A stretch of 64,000 nucleotides of DNA, from NCBI GenBank assembly GCA_028713285.1, contig JAQTOP010000008.1, positions 1,572 through 65,571 of the forward strand, written 5' to 3'. This DNA comes from Terrimicrobiaceae bacterium. Its GTDB lineage: Bacteria > Verrucomicrobiota > Verrucomicrobiia > Chthoniobacterales > JAATET01. The position numbers and the translations under genes are program-made. The notes under the pieces are model-generated. The model saw only the letters and a list, made by a program, of their open reading frames with translations, did no database searches and was not told the DNA's origin. Shown one piece after another: positions 9,409 through 18,413 of the stretch; positions within the stretch are counted from its first letter, which is position 1, and each line of letters opens with the position of its first letter.

Positions 9409-10046
9409 TTCCACGTCAGGTCGATGATGGCATCGAGCTTCTCGCTCGCGACGCGCGCGCGCAGCGCATCCGTTTCGGCCTTCAGTTCCGGGATGCGATG
9501 ATCGTGGGTCTCGACGAAGAGATGCTCGATTCGCGAGATCGCGCCGGAGTCGATGAGGCGATTCACAACGGCGCATTCGACACCTTCGATGTCCATTTTC
9601 ACAACCTTGACGGGCGAATCGAGCGCGAGAACAAATTCCGCCAGATCGACCAGTTCGACCTGCGCGAAGGTGCCGGTATCCACGTTGGATTTGAAATCCA
9701 GCAGGCTGGAGCCGGTGGACCAGAACACCGGATCCTCCGGCGCATTCACGTGCATGAACAGAGGGGCGGTCCCGGCCTGGGGCGCGACGCCCTTGGGAAT
9801 GCAAACGACATGGGGCCGCTTCGCGAATCGCGCCGCAAGCCGGGCGAAGGCATTCGGATTCGGCTCGAACGCATGGACCGTCGCGCCCCGGCGGGAGAGG
9901 ATGTCCGTGATGTCGCCGACGTTCGCGCCGCAGTCCACCGCGACATCGCCGGGCCCAAGCGGAATGCGGGACAGCGCGCGGATCGTGTCCTTCGTGGGAT
10001 CGAGCATCGCCTGGATGCGATGGGCGATATGGCGGATCGGGTTCAT
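9405..10046 (-). CDS. FkbM-family SAM-dependent methyltransferase
   Basis: VAVDCGANVGDITDILSRRGATVHAFEPNPNAF ... VVKMDIEGVECAVV is the typical FkbM pattern. ATG at 10046 in an ATGA overlap; the alternative ATG at 10079 is less likely. Confidence 0.75.
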   Translation of the reverse strand: MNPIRHIAHRIQAMLDPTKDTIRALSRIPLGPGDVAVDCGANVGDITDILSRRGATVHAFEPNPNAFARLAARFAKRPHVVCIPKGVAPQAGTAPLFMHVNAPEDPVFWSTGSSLLDFKSNVDTGTFAQVELVDLAEFVLALDSPVKVVKMDIEGVECAVVNRLIDSGAISRIEHLFVETHDHRIPELKAETDALRARVASEKLDAIIDLTWK

Positions 10047-10900
10047 CTGGCGGGCGGAGTCTGAAACCATTTCGGCCATCCCTGCACCATCACCGGCGTG
10101 GAACCGAAGGCGCGCCGCAGGGCTTCGTCGGTGATTCTTTCTGCCACCCGGGAATCCAGCCGGCTCACCGCGCTGCGAATGCGATAGGAAAGAAAATTCC
10201 GGTCGAATACGCCGTTGTGGCGGCGGCCGATTTCCGCAATTTCGCGCATGCGCTTCCAGCCGCCGGTCGAAGTCTTCGTGTCGTCGTAGTAGCGAATCTC
10301 GGCGAGCGTCTCGTTGATGGCGATGACCTCGCATTTTGCGGCGAGGCGAATGAGGAGGTCCCAATCCATCGCGTAGTGCAGATCTTCGTCGAGCCCGCCG
10401 ACTTCCAGATAAAGGTCGCGGCGAAAGAACATCGCAGGCTGCACCACGCGGTAGGCGGTCCTGAGATGCCGGCGATTGAAGGGCCGGAAGGGCACCGTGT
10501 AAATCTCGCGCCCGTCTCGCGCGACCTTCGCCCCACGCCCGAATACGACGCCGGCATTCGGATTCGCAAGGAAAGCCTCTCCGACCGCGCGCAGGGCGCC
10601 GGGGCGAAACCGATCGTCGGAGTTCAGCCAGCAGGCGATCTCGCCGGTGGCCAGGCGCACGCCCTTGTTGATGCCGTCGCTCTGGCCGCGATCCGCCTCG
10701 CGCAGGATGCGCATGGGCAGGCGCTGTGCGTAGCGGGCGAGAATGTCCGGCGTCGCGTCGGTGGAGAGGGCATCGACGACGATGTGTTCGAGATTCGGAT
10801 ACGCCTGCGCCTCGATGCTGAGCAGCGTCTCCTCGATGAACTCCGCCTGATTGCGGGTCGGAGTGATGACCGAAATTTTCGGCGGCACAGAAAGAATCAC
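10043..10900 (-). CDS. Glycosyltransferase family 2
   Basis: ISVITPTRNQAEFIEETLLSIEAQAYPNLEHIVVDALSTDATPDIL...DRGQSDGINKG...WLNSDD. GTG at 10900 in a GTGA overlap. Confidence 0.85.
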   Translation of the reverse strand: MILSVPPKISVITPTRNQAEFIEETLLSIEAQAYPNLEHIVVDALSTDATPDILARYAQRLPMRILREADRGQSDGINKGVRLATGEIACWLNSDDRFRPGALRAVGEAFLANPNAGVVFGRGAKVARDGREIYTVPFRPFNRRHLRTAYRVVQPAMFFRRDLYLEVGGLDEDLHYAMDWDLLIRLAAKCEVIAINETLAEIRYYDDTKTSTGGWKRMREIAEIGRRHNGVFDRNFLSYRIRSAVSRLDSRVAERITDEALRRAFGSTPVMVQGWPKWFQTPPAR

Positions 10901-12894
10901 GCGGCCGCTGCGGCCGTCGGAAAGGGACGCAGTTTGGGAATGTGCTCGTGACGGGGAACGTGTGAGCGCGACTTCATGCTGAGGTTGCTGAAATGCACGG
11001 CCCCCGCCGCCTCCCACCCCGGACGTCCATACTCGGCGCACCCCTGCGACTGCTCGAACATCCAGGTATTCTTCGTGAGGATCATCATGTCGGAAACGTG
11101 CGGCTTGCCCTGCAGGCGGTCGTCGGATGCGACGGAGTAGGCCGCAAAAAATCGGGCCACGCGCTCATACTCCGCCGCCGTCCCGCTGACGAGGCAGGGC
11201 ACGCTGCGCTCGTAAAGCGCCATCTTTCCCACCGGACGCGGACGGAAGCCGTAGTTCACCACGTCGTAATCGCACATGAATCCGCCGCCCGCCTGGGCGA
11301 CCGCGAGCCAGCGCACGTAGCAATAGTAGTCGAGCTTTTTGCGATTGATGCTGGGCAGGGCGCGATAGGCGAGAAGCATGCGGGCGACTTCCTCATCGAC
11401 AGCCACAGACGATTCGTCGAGCACAACGGCTTCCCAGCCGTTCGCAGTCCAGCTTTCCCTCCACAGATCGACGAGCGCGGCCTCATGCTCGGGAATTTTG
11501 CCATGGATAGGCGCGCAGAATGTGTAAACGACCGGGCGCTCGTCCGCGGGCCTCGAACCGGAATCCGAAAAATCGCGCCGCGCGAGCCCGGGAACGTGGG
11601 AAGTGGTGATGTTGCGAAAAATGTGGCCGGCCTGTTCACCCTCCTGCATGAGCAACTCGAGGGTCTCGCAGTGCTGGTCGTAATAATCCGTGTAGCTGAT
11701 TCGGAAAAATCCGGGATGGGACTCCTTCGCGGCGTCCATTTTATCGACGATCTGCGATGGCGCGTGGTGGCTCCAGAAATATGCCTGGGCCTTGTCGGAG
11801 CGTCCATCGCAGCCCCCGATGCAAACCTCGCGAGCCAGGGTGGAGGCCACTGGCAGCATGAGCATCGTGAGGATATTGCCCGTTTGATTGACCTCATAAT
11901 CCGACAGGAGGTCGAAGTTGAAATGGCCGAGCTTATTGATGGGCACTCCGAAAATGCGCTTCATCAGGCTGGCCGGGAAATGCGCTCGATAGTAGGGGTA
12001 ATGCGTGATCGGCACGACCGCGTAGAGCGGGTGGCGCTGCATCGCATCGGCGAGGTTGCGTCGAAACTCGGCCGCATAGCCGGAGCAGCCGGCGTGGAAG
12101 ACCGGATCGCCGCAACACACGATGGATGGCCGGATTTTCTCCATCAGCCGCTCGTTCCGCACGAGGCTGTTCGAGACGACGCGCACGCCCTGAAGCAGCT
12201 CCATCTCCGCGATCTCCTCGAGACACGGGCCGGTGCCAAAAACATAGGCGCGCTGGCCGCCGCCGAGCGCCGCGGCCATCTCCGCGAATTTCTCCCGGCA
12301 TTCGGCGACCACCGACGAGCGGGACGAGCCGAGCAGCCGGGGCACGTCGAGCCAGGTCGAGGCTTCGCGGGAATACGTCTGACGATCCACGTTGAAGAAT
12401 GTGCGCCGGCCCCGCCGAAAAACGCCGTAGGACGACAGGCGCGCCGGCGGATCCCACAGCTTCGAATCCCACACGAGCACGATGTCCGCGTCCGCCACCA
12501 GGCTGCGGATATCATCGAGGGTCACGCTCTCGCGAAACTCGAGCAGGTCGCGGATTTGCCCCCGGCAGCGGGCGACTTCTTCGTCCATGTAGGCGGGCGA
12601 TCCGTCCTGCGCGCCGACTCCCGGCGCAACCGGGAAGACCACTTTTTTGACCTTGTCGAACACCGGACTGAGATACCAGCTCGCACGGTAAACGAGGTCC
12701 GCCAGCACGGCGGCATCGGGGATCACGGGCAGGAACGTCACCTTGACGGTTCTCTTGCCGCCCAGGGCCGCGATCGCCGGGCCCATCACGCCGCGGCGCG
12801 GCGGAAACGCGATCAGCCGCTCCGCGAGGGAGATGAGACGCGTGTATTTCGGAAGGAAGTCTCGGGTTCGCACGGAATGGTTCTCGGAATTCAA
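10897..12894 (-). CDS. Bimodular transferase: a DUF115/MptE-like (sialyltransferase-like) module plus a C-terminal DXD module of Caps_synth/GT32-like type
   Basis: Module 1 (about aa 200-440) contains FGTGPCL, VVSNS, YAAEFRRNL, NILTMLMLPVASTLAREVCIGGCDGR and HPGFFRISYTDYY. Module 2 contains WLAVAQAGGGFMCDYDVVNYGF. The track start is TTG 12894; GTG 12789 or ATG 12786 are alternatives. Confidence 0.6.
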   Translation of the reverse strand: MNSENHSVRTRDFLPKYTRLISLAERLIAFPPRRGVMGPAIAALGGKRTVKVTFLPVIPDAAVLADLVYRASWYLSPVFDKVKKVVFPVAPGVGAQDGSPAYMDEEVARCRGQIRDLLEFRESVTLDDIRSLVADADIVLVWDSKLWDPPARLSSYGVFRRGRRTFFNVDRQTYSREASTWLDVPRLLGSSRSSVVAECREKFAEMAAALGGGQRAYVFGTGPCLEEIAEMELLQGVRVVSNSLVRNERLMEKIRPSIVCCGDPVFHAGCSGYAAEFRRNLADAMQRHPLYAVVPITHYPYYRAHFPASLMKRIFGVPINKLGHFNFDLLSDYEVNQTGNILTMLMLPVASTLAREVCIGGCDGRSDKAQAYFWSHHAPSQIVDKMDAAKESHPGFFRISYTDYYDQHCETLELLMQEGEQAGHIFRNITTSHVPGLARRDFSDSGSRPADERPVVYTFCAPIHGKIPEHEAALVDLWRESWTANGWEAVVLDESSVAVDEEVARMLLAYRALPSINRKKLDYYCYVRWLAVAQAGGGFMCDYDVVNYGFRPRPVGKMALYERSVPCLVSGTAAEYERVARFFAAYSVASDDRLQGKPHVSDMMILTKNTWMFEQSQGCAEYGRPGWEAAGAVHFSNLSMKSRSHVPRHEHIPKLRPFPTAAAAA

Positions 12895-12984
12895 AGGCGG
12901 GCCTCCTCATGCATGACACGGATGAGCGGTCCGATCAAAGGCTTCCCGTGGCACGATTTGGGCTGGCAGAGACTTTTCGGCTCT

Positions 12985-15348
12985 TCACGGCTCGACGGCA
13001 TGGTATTCCTTAAGCCCGGGCGGTGCAAAGGGCGTGAATGCCCCGGCGCCCATCTGCCTCCCGTTCGCATCCGCCACCTCGATGCGAAGTTGCAGCTTTT
13101 CCGCCGGCGTACCGGCAATCGGGAATTCCCTCCCAGCCGAGGACGACCAGTCCGCCGTCGCATCCGCCTTGCCCGGCTCGATCACCGCGTAGCGGAAACA
13201 AACCGCGCCTTCGAGTCCCGCCGCGCCAAGCACCAGGGGAGAAATGCGGAGCGTGCGCGCCGCCGGGTTGGTTTCGTCGACGGACGCCTTGAAAACAAGA
13301 TAGCGCGACCGCGCCCGGGGCATTCGCATGCCGAAGGAGGGCGCATCGCCGAAAACCAATTCCGGACCGTAAGAGCAAAGGATGGTATCGAGATAGACGA
13401 GCCCGCGACCGGGCGGAACCGCGACTTTCACGGGCAGAAAGCCATCGAAAGCAGGGTTCGCCTCAATGGCGGTCACCACGGGACCGATCGCGGATATCGA
13501 GTTGCTCTTCAAATGATAAGCGACCAATGGCGCGGCTTTCATGATCTCGTAGTAGGGAACGGCCCAGTGCGCAGCGACCAGAGTGACCCGCTCCAATCCA
13601 GCCAGCGCCTTCCCGAGGCCAAGGCGCGGCGACGACGAGTCGATGGGTTTGCCCGCCACGATGGCCCGGACGACCTTCGAAAGCGAGCGGTCGTAACCGA
13701 ACAGAAGAATGTTCCGGCAAAGCGCCAGATGCCCGACCGCCACCACGCCCGCCAGCGCCCAAATACTCCACGTCCCCGCGCGAGACCTGCCCGGACGCAG
13801 ACCGGCGGCGATGAACGAGCCGCATATGATTACCGGATAGGCGAAATACACGCCGACCGTATCGAAGTATTTCATCGTCGCGCCGTAGGTCACCCACCAG
13901 ACGAGAAGCGTGATGGCAAGAGCTGCCGCGAACCAATCCCGTGGCGCCCGCGCCGCCGCGAGCACGACGCCGCATGCCACGAAGAGCCATGGCAGCAGCC
14001 CCGCCCATTCCGTGTTTTCGAAATGCAAACCCGCCATCGGGTTCGTCACTCCCCGGAAGCGATAGGTGACGTAGGTAAAGGCCGGCGACTGGTCGACACT
14101 CCGGAAGACCTGCGCGTTCCACCAAGCATTCCATTCGTCGATGGGCCGCTGACGCACCGCCGCTTTCGGCGAATCCTCGAAGGTCGGGATCGCGCTGAGA
14201 AAAAGTTGAGCCGTCAGCAACGACAGCGTCTGCTCCGCCACTCGGATTGAAAATGGCGAGTTCCGCGCCTCGTCGCCGCTGTAGGCGAACTTCGGGCTCG
14301 AGAGGCGGTTGTAAATCAGGAAGGGCGTCGACAATGCGACGATCACCACCAGGGCCACCGCCAGATCGCGCAATCGCGCAGGATTCAACGCATAGCTGCG
14401 GACCGCCGGATGCCGCGCCGCCGCGATCAGGAGCCAGACGCCGAGCAGCGGCAGCACCGGCCAGAAAAAATAGAAATGCAGCTTCGATCCGAGTCCGCAG
14501 CCGAGCGCCAGAGCGGCGGTCGAGAGATCGAGGCGTGATCCCTCGCGAAGATAGCGCAGGCCGAAATAAATTCCCGTGAGGACTCCCGCGCCGGCGATGA
14601 TTTCGTCGTTCGTCGAGGTCGCCTCGACAAAAACGATCGGCGCGAAGGCGATAAGAAATGCGACAAATGCCGCGAGGTGCCGCCCGCAGCCCATCCACCG
14701 CACCATCTGGAAGGTCGTGATCGCGACAACGGTCCACGCCGTGACGGAAGGCAGGTTGAAAACGACCGGCGCCACGCCGAACAGCGCGAAGGGCAGGCAG
14801 ACCAGCGATACATTGAACGGATAAAAGACGACGCGCGGATCGACGCTTTCGGCGAAGTGCCGCAGATTGCCCTGGCCCAGATACCACCACACGCGCGGCA
14901 GCCGATACATGAGCGTGTCGGGATTCACCGGCTCGATCGTGAGCGCCACCAGCAGGTTCCACGCGAAGCCCAGGCAAAGAAAGGTCACCGACGCCGCGAA
15001 AAGCGCGCGCGCCCAGGGAGAATGCGCCTCTTCCGCCGGCGGAACCCGCAGCAATCCTTCGACGTCCTCGACCCTGCGCCGGCGCGAAAGCCAGCCGATG
15101 CAAAAAGCCGCGCCGATGCTGAATGCGACGAGGAGCGCGGCATATGCGATGTGGTTGCGGAGTTCGCCGGCCGGCGAAAGGACGTTCGCCACCAGCACGA
15201 GGAGCGCCCAGGCCCAGGCCAGCGCGGCGGGCACGGCATCCGGCCAGCGCAGGCCGGTCCTCCCGAGCGCGAGCAGCAATGGCAGCAGCACCGCCGTGGC
15301 GAGCAGGACCGGCATCATCGGCGGGAAATCGTTCGACGCGGCGCCCAC
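12985..15348 (-). CDS. Large polytopic membrane protein, GT-C-type glycosyltransferase-like, with a C-terminal soluble domain
   Basis: At least 10 hydrophobic helices over about 520 aa, followed by a hydrophilic C-terminal domain of roughly 250 aa. This architecture matches the ArnT/PMT/GtrC class. GTG at 15348 or ATGATG at 15318 (MMPVLLATAVLL). Confidence 0.6.
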   Translation of the reverse strand: MGAASNDFPPMMPVLLATAVLLPLLLALGRTGLRWPDAVPAALAWAWALLVLVANVLSPAGELRNHIAYAALLVAFSIGAAFCIGWLSRRRRVEDVEGLLRVPPAEEAHSPWARALFAASVTFLCLGFAWNLLVALTIEPVNPDTLMYRLPRVWWYLGQGNLRHFAESVDPRVVFYPFNVSLVCLPFALFGVAPVVFNLPSVTAWTVVAITTFQMVRWMGCGRHLAAFVAFLIAFAPIVFVEATSTNDEIIAGAGVLTGIYFGLRYLREGSRLDLSTAALALGCGLGSKLHFYFFWPVLPLLGVWLLIAAARHPAVRSYALNPARLRDLAVALVVIVALSTPFLIYNRLSSPKFAYSGDEARNSPFSIRVAEQTLSLLTAQLFLSAIPTFEDSPKAAVRQRPIDEWNAWWNAQVFRSVDQSPAFTYVTYRFRGVTNPMAGLHFENTEWAGLLPWLFVACGVVLAAARAPRDWFAAALAITLLVWWVTYGATMKYFDTVGVYFAYPVIICGSFIAAGLRPGRSRAGTWSIWALAGVVAVGHLALCRNILLFGYDRSLSKVVRAIVAGKPIDSSSPRLGLGKALAGLERVTLVAAHWAVPYYEIMKAAPLVAYHLKSNSISAIGPVVTAIEANPAFDGFLPVKVAVPPGRGLVYLDTILCSYGPELVFGDAPSFGMRMPRARSRYLVFKASVDETNPAARTLRISPLVLGAAGLEGAVCFRYAVIEPGKADATADWSSSAGREFPIAGTPAEKLQLRIEVADANGRQMGAGAFTPFAPPGLKEYHAVEP

Positions 15349-15379
15349 TCGCGCATAGCGTTCTGACTTTCGGATCTGG

Positions 15380-16573
15380 ATGCTTTCACGGAATCTCTAC
15401 CTGGATGTGCTGCGCGGAATCGCGGTGATTCTCGTCCTGTTCCGCCACGCGACGCTGCCCCCGATGCCGGATGGCTGGGAAAAATCGCTGCTCGACTCGC
15501 TCAACGGCGGCGGCTGGTGCGGGGTGGATTTGTTTTTCGTACTGAGCGGCTTCCTCGTCTCGATGCTGCTTTTCAAGGAATACCAGCGCAGCAATACGGT
15601 GAGGCTCGGGCGTTTCTTCATGCGGCGCGGATGGAAAATCTATCCGATGTTCTGGCTGTTCATTCTCGCGACGGTGCTCGTGCTGACGTTCCATCCCGGC
15701 CAGCGCAAGCCGGAGACGCCGAAACTGATGGCCGAGTTGCTGTTCTATCAAAATTACACCCCGGGCCTCTGGGCGCATACCTGGAGCCTCGCGGTGGAGG
15801 AGCACTTCTATCTGCTGGTCGGGATTGGACTCACGGCGCTTCTCGCCTTTCCGCTGCGAGGACGGCGCGGCCTGCATGCGGTGCCGTGGATTTGCCTGGG
15901 CGGAATGGCGCTGCTCACCGCAGTCCGCGTCATGCACAGCCTGTGGACGCCTTACGACCACTACACGCATTTGTTTCCCACCCATCTGCGCATCGACTCG
16001 CTGCTGATGGGCGTCCTGATTTCGTATCTCTGGTGCTTTCATCGCGAGGCATTTCTCGCGCATGTCACGCGCTGGCGCTGGCCGCTGGCAGTGATGGGCC
16101 TGCTACTCTTCGCCCATCCGTTTGTCTTTCTCGAACCGTGGCGCACCTGGTGGCAGAGTTCGCTGGGATTGACGGCGCTGTATCTCGGCGCGGGCATGAT
16201 CGTGGCGGTGACGCTCTCGCTGCCGGACGTGCGCCAGCCGCTCATTCGCTGGCCCCTGCTCTTCGTCGCCATGGCCGGCGTGTCGTCCTACGCGATCTAT
16301 CTCTGGCACATGCCGTGGAAGGTCTGGGGCCCCACCTATCTCCAAAAGGCGATGGGCATTCGCCGGCCCGTCCAGCTTGGCCCCGAGGACGCATTCTGGT
16401 TTTTCATTTTTGGAAGCCTGCTGCTGGGCATCCTGCTCACGCTGCTCGTCGAGCAGCCCCTGCTGCTGCTGCGCAACAAACTCTTCCCTTCGATTCCCCG
16501 GCAAAAGGACGCGGCCCCCTCACCGCCGACGCGCGAGGATCAAATACTGACCGCCGAGGGGAACCCAACCTAG
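15380..16573 (+). CDS. Acyltransferase family 3 (membrane O-acyltransferase)
   Basis: YLDVLRGIAVILVLFRHA ... GVDLFFVLSGFL ... WSLAVEEHFY are classic acyltransferase_3 motifs. This is the only plus-strand gene in the glycan locus. Confidence 0.85.
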   Translation: MLSRNLYLDVLRGIAVILVLFRHATLPPMPDGWEKSLLDSLNGGGWCGVDLFFVLSGFLVSMLLFKEYQRSNTVRLGRFFMRRGWKIYPMFWLFILATVLVLTFHPGQRKPETPKLMAELLFYQNYTPGLWAHTWSLAVEEHFYLLVGIGLTALLAFPLRGRRGLHAVPWICLGGMALLTAVRVMHSLWTPYDHYTHLFPTHLRIDSLLMGVLISYLWCFHREAFLAHVTRWRWPLAVMGLLLFAHPFVFLEPWRTWWQSSLGLTALYLGAGMIVAVTLSLPDVRQPLIRWPLLFVAMAGVSSYAIYLWHMPWKVWGPTYLQKAMGIRRPVQLGPEDAFWFFIFGSLLLGILLTLLVEQPLLLLRNKLFPSIPRQKDAAPSPPTREDQILTAEGNPT

Positions 16574-17215
16574 CGCCGCCTCGATGGGCCGCAGGCTGCG
16601 CAACGCCGCCGGAAAGTAGAAGTGAAATGACGTTCGCTCCACCTCGAGGCCGCTGTCGCAAAGCAGACGCGCGGCTGCCGGGGGCGGGATCGGCACCGCA
16701 TCACGGTCGAACTCGCAGCGGCTCATCACCCAGCGCGTGCCGGGATTCCACGGGTTGTTCTCCCAAAATGCGAAGCGGCCGCCGGGGCCCAGAGCATCCC
16801 GCACGAGAGCGACGGATGCGGCGCGCTCCGCCGGCGCGATGTGATGAAAGACGCCATTGCAATAGGCGAGGTCGAAGCCCGGCAGCCCGGGCACTTTCTC
16901 GATCGGAACGAAGCGGGCGGCGAATTCATTCCATTGCGCGGCGGCCACCTCCAGAGAGGCGAGCGACGGATCGGTGCCGACCAATTCGGCAAGGGGGAGG
17001 TGCTCGAATAGAAACGGCGTGGCCGAGCCCGTGCCGCAGCCGAAGTCGAGCATGCGGGCGGGTGCGCAGCCCAGCCCGGCCAGGACGCGCGCCGTGATGA
17101 CCGCACGACGGCGCGCGAAGTAATTCTTGTCTTCGCCCGTGACGCTCAACGCGCTTTCCAGCGCTTCGTCGTAGTTCGCGGCGTAGGCGTCGAAGTTGAC
17201 CTTTTCCGGCGTCAT
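16520..17215 (-). CDS. Class I SAM-dependent methyltransferase
   Basis: ARMLDFGCGTGSATPFL (motif I) ... FDLAYCNGVFHHI ... LGPGGRFAFWE. ATG at 17215 in an ATGA overlap with the stop at 17212. The 3-prime end overlaps the convergent acyltransferase by 54 nt. Confidence 0.8.
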   Translation of the reverse strand: MTPEKVNFDAYAANYDEALESALSVTGEDKNYFARRRAVITARVLAGLGCAPARMLDFGCGTGSATPFLFEHLPLAELVGTDPSLASLEVAAAQWNEFAARFVPIEKVPGLPGFDLAYCNGVFHHIAPAERAASVALVRDALGPGGRFAFWENNPWNPGTRWVMSRCEFDRDAVPIPPPAAARLLCDSGLEVERTSFHFYFPAALRSLRPIEAALGWVPLGGQYLILARRR

Positions 17216-18399
17216 CTTCGGCGAAGCCCCAGCACGTCGAGAAAGAAGCTGCCGAAGAGCGTCTGCACCCCGAGCGCGGTGAGCGTCGAGCCGGGAATCA
17301 CAATGCGCATCGTGAAGGCATAGCTCAGCGCCCCGAAGTCGGACAGAATCCACAGGACGACGGCCCAGCCAAGCAGTGCAAATCCGGTGACCATCAGCAG
17401 GGCGCCCGCGACGAGGCCGCGCTCGAGCGGCAGGATGTTCCGCAATTGCCCGATGCGCGCGTCCTCGGGCAGGATGCCTTCGGTGATCGCGAAAACTTTC
17501 GTGAAGATGGCAAACCACACCGCCTGATAGCCGCAGAGCATGCTCAGACTGGCAAACAGGAGCGTGTGCGCGTCGAAGGTGGCGGGGCCGATCCGCGCGC
17601 CGGGAAGGGCCAGGGCGTATCCCGCAAACCCGAGCAGAATCAGCGCAGCTCCCGGCAAAAGGAACAACCAGCGCGGACTGAAAAGGAGGAAGAATCGCAG
17701 CGTGCGCCAGCCGTCGCGGAAGGTTCGCAAATGCGGCGTCCTGCTTTTGCGGCCGTCGGGATGCAGGGTGATCGGCACCTCCGCAAACCTGACCTTCCGC
17801 AGGCTCGCCTTGATCACCATTTCCGTGGCGAATTCCATGCCCGTGCAGCGCAGATCCAGCCGGCGGTAGAGATCTTTCGTGAAGCCGCGCAGGCCGCAAT
17901 AGACATCGTGAATCGGCGCATCAAACCATACGCGCGCCATCTTCGAGAACATCGGATTGCCCCACCAGTAGTGCAGGAACGGCATCGCGCCCGGCAGCAC
18001 TCTGCCGCCGCCCGCGCGCAGGCGGCAGCCCTGCACGAGCTCCGCTCCGGCGCGCAGTTCCCGCACGAATCCCGAAAGGTCGCCGAAGTCGTAGCTGTCA
18101 TCCGCGTCGCCCATGATGATCAAATTTCCCCGAGCCGACTCGATGCCGCCCATCAAGGCGTTGCCATAGCCCCTGGCCTCGACCCGCTCGACGCGCGCGC
18201 CTTCGCCCTCGGCGAGTTCGATGGATCCGTCCGTGCTGCCATTGTCGGCGAGAATCACCTCGCCCTTCACGCCGTTGTCGCGCAGCCAGGTCACCGCCTT
18301 TTTCACGCAAATGCCCACCGTATCCGACTCGTTCAGACACGGGATGATGATCGACAGCTCGACGTCCGAGGCTTCGGCGGCAGGCGGGGGATCCGGCAT
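17212..18399 (-). CDS. GT2 polyprenyl-phosphate glycosyltransferase (GtrB/ArnC/DPM1-like) with C-terminal transmembrane helices
   Basis: LSIIIPCLNESDTVGICVKKA...ILADNGSTDGS...IIMGDADDSYDF, then about four hydrophobic helices (FFLLFSPRWLFLLPGAALILLGFAGYAL ...). ATG at 18399 (MPDPPPAA); the upstream 262 aa of the track ORF are low-complexity. Confidence 0.8.
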   Translation of the reverse strand: MPDPPPAAEASDVELSIIIPCLNESDTVGICVKKAVTWLRDNGVKGEVILADNGSTDGSIELAEGEGARVERVEARGYGNALMGGIESARGNLIIMGDADDSYDFGDLSGFVRELRAGAELVQGCRLRAGGGRVLPGAMPFLHYWWGNPMFSKMARVWFDAPIHDVYCGLRGFTKDLYRRLDLRCTGMEFATEMVIKASLRKVRFAEVPITLHPDGRKSRTPHLRTFRDGWRTLRFFLLFSPRWLFLLPGAALILLGFAGYALALPGARIGPATFDAHTLLFASLSMLCGYQAVWFAIFTKVFAITEGILPEDARIGQLRNILPLERGLVAGALLMVTGFALLGWAVVLWILSDFGALSYAFTMRIVIPGSTLTALGVQTLFGSFFLDVLGLRRR

Positions 18400-18413
18400 G
18401 GTTTTGTCGCAAT

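Noticed and set aside
10993-14250. 1085-aa plus-strand ORF, the longest in the track
   Set aside because: It lies antisense to three well-supported minus-strand genes. Its translation is Arg/His/Gly/Pro/Ala-rich with no motif or domain logic. This is the typical mirror-frame ORF of high-GC DNA. The same reasoning applies to 19631..22756 (+), 43540..46626 (+, antisense to typA), 37886..39721 (+), 26542..28338 (+), 56423..57493 (-), 54468..56711 (-) and 59270..60301 (-).
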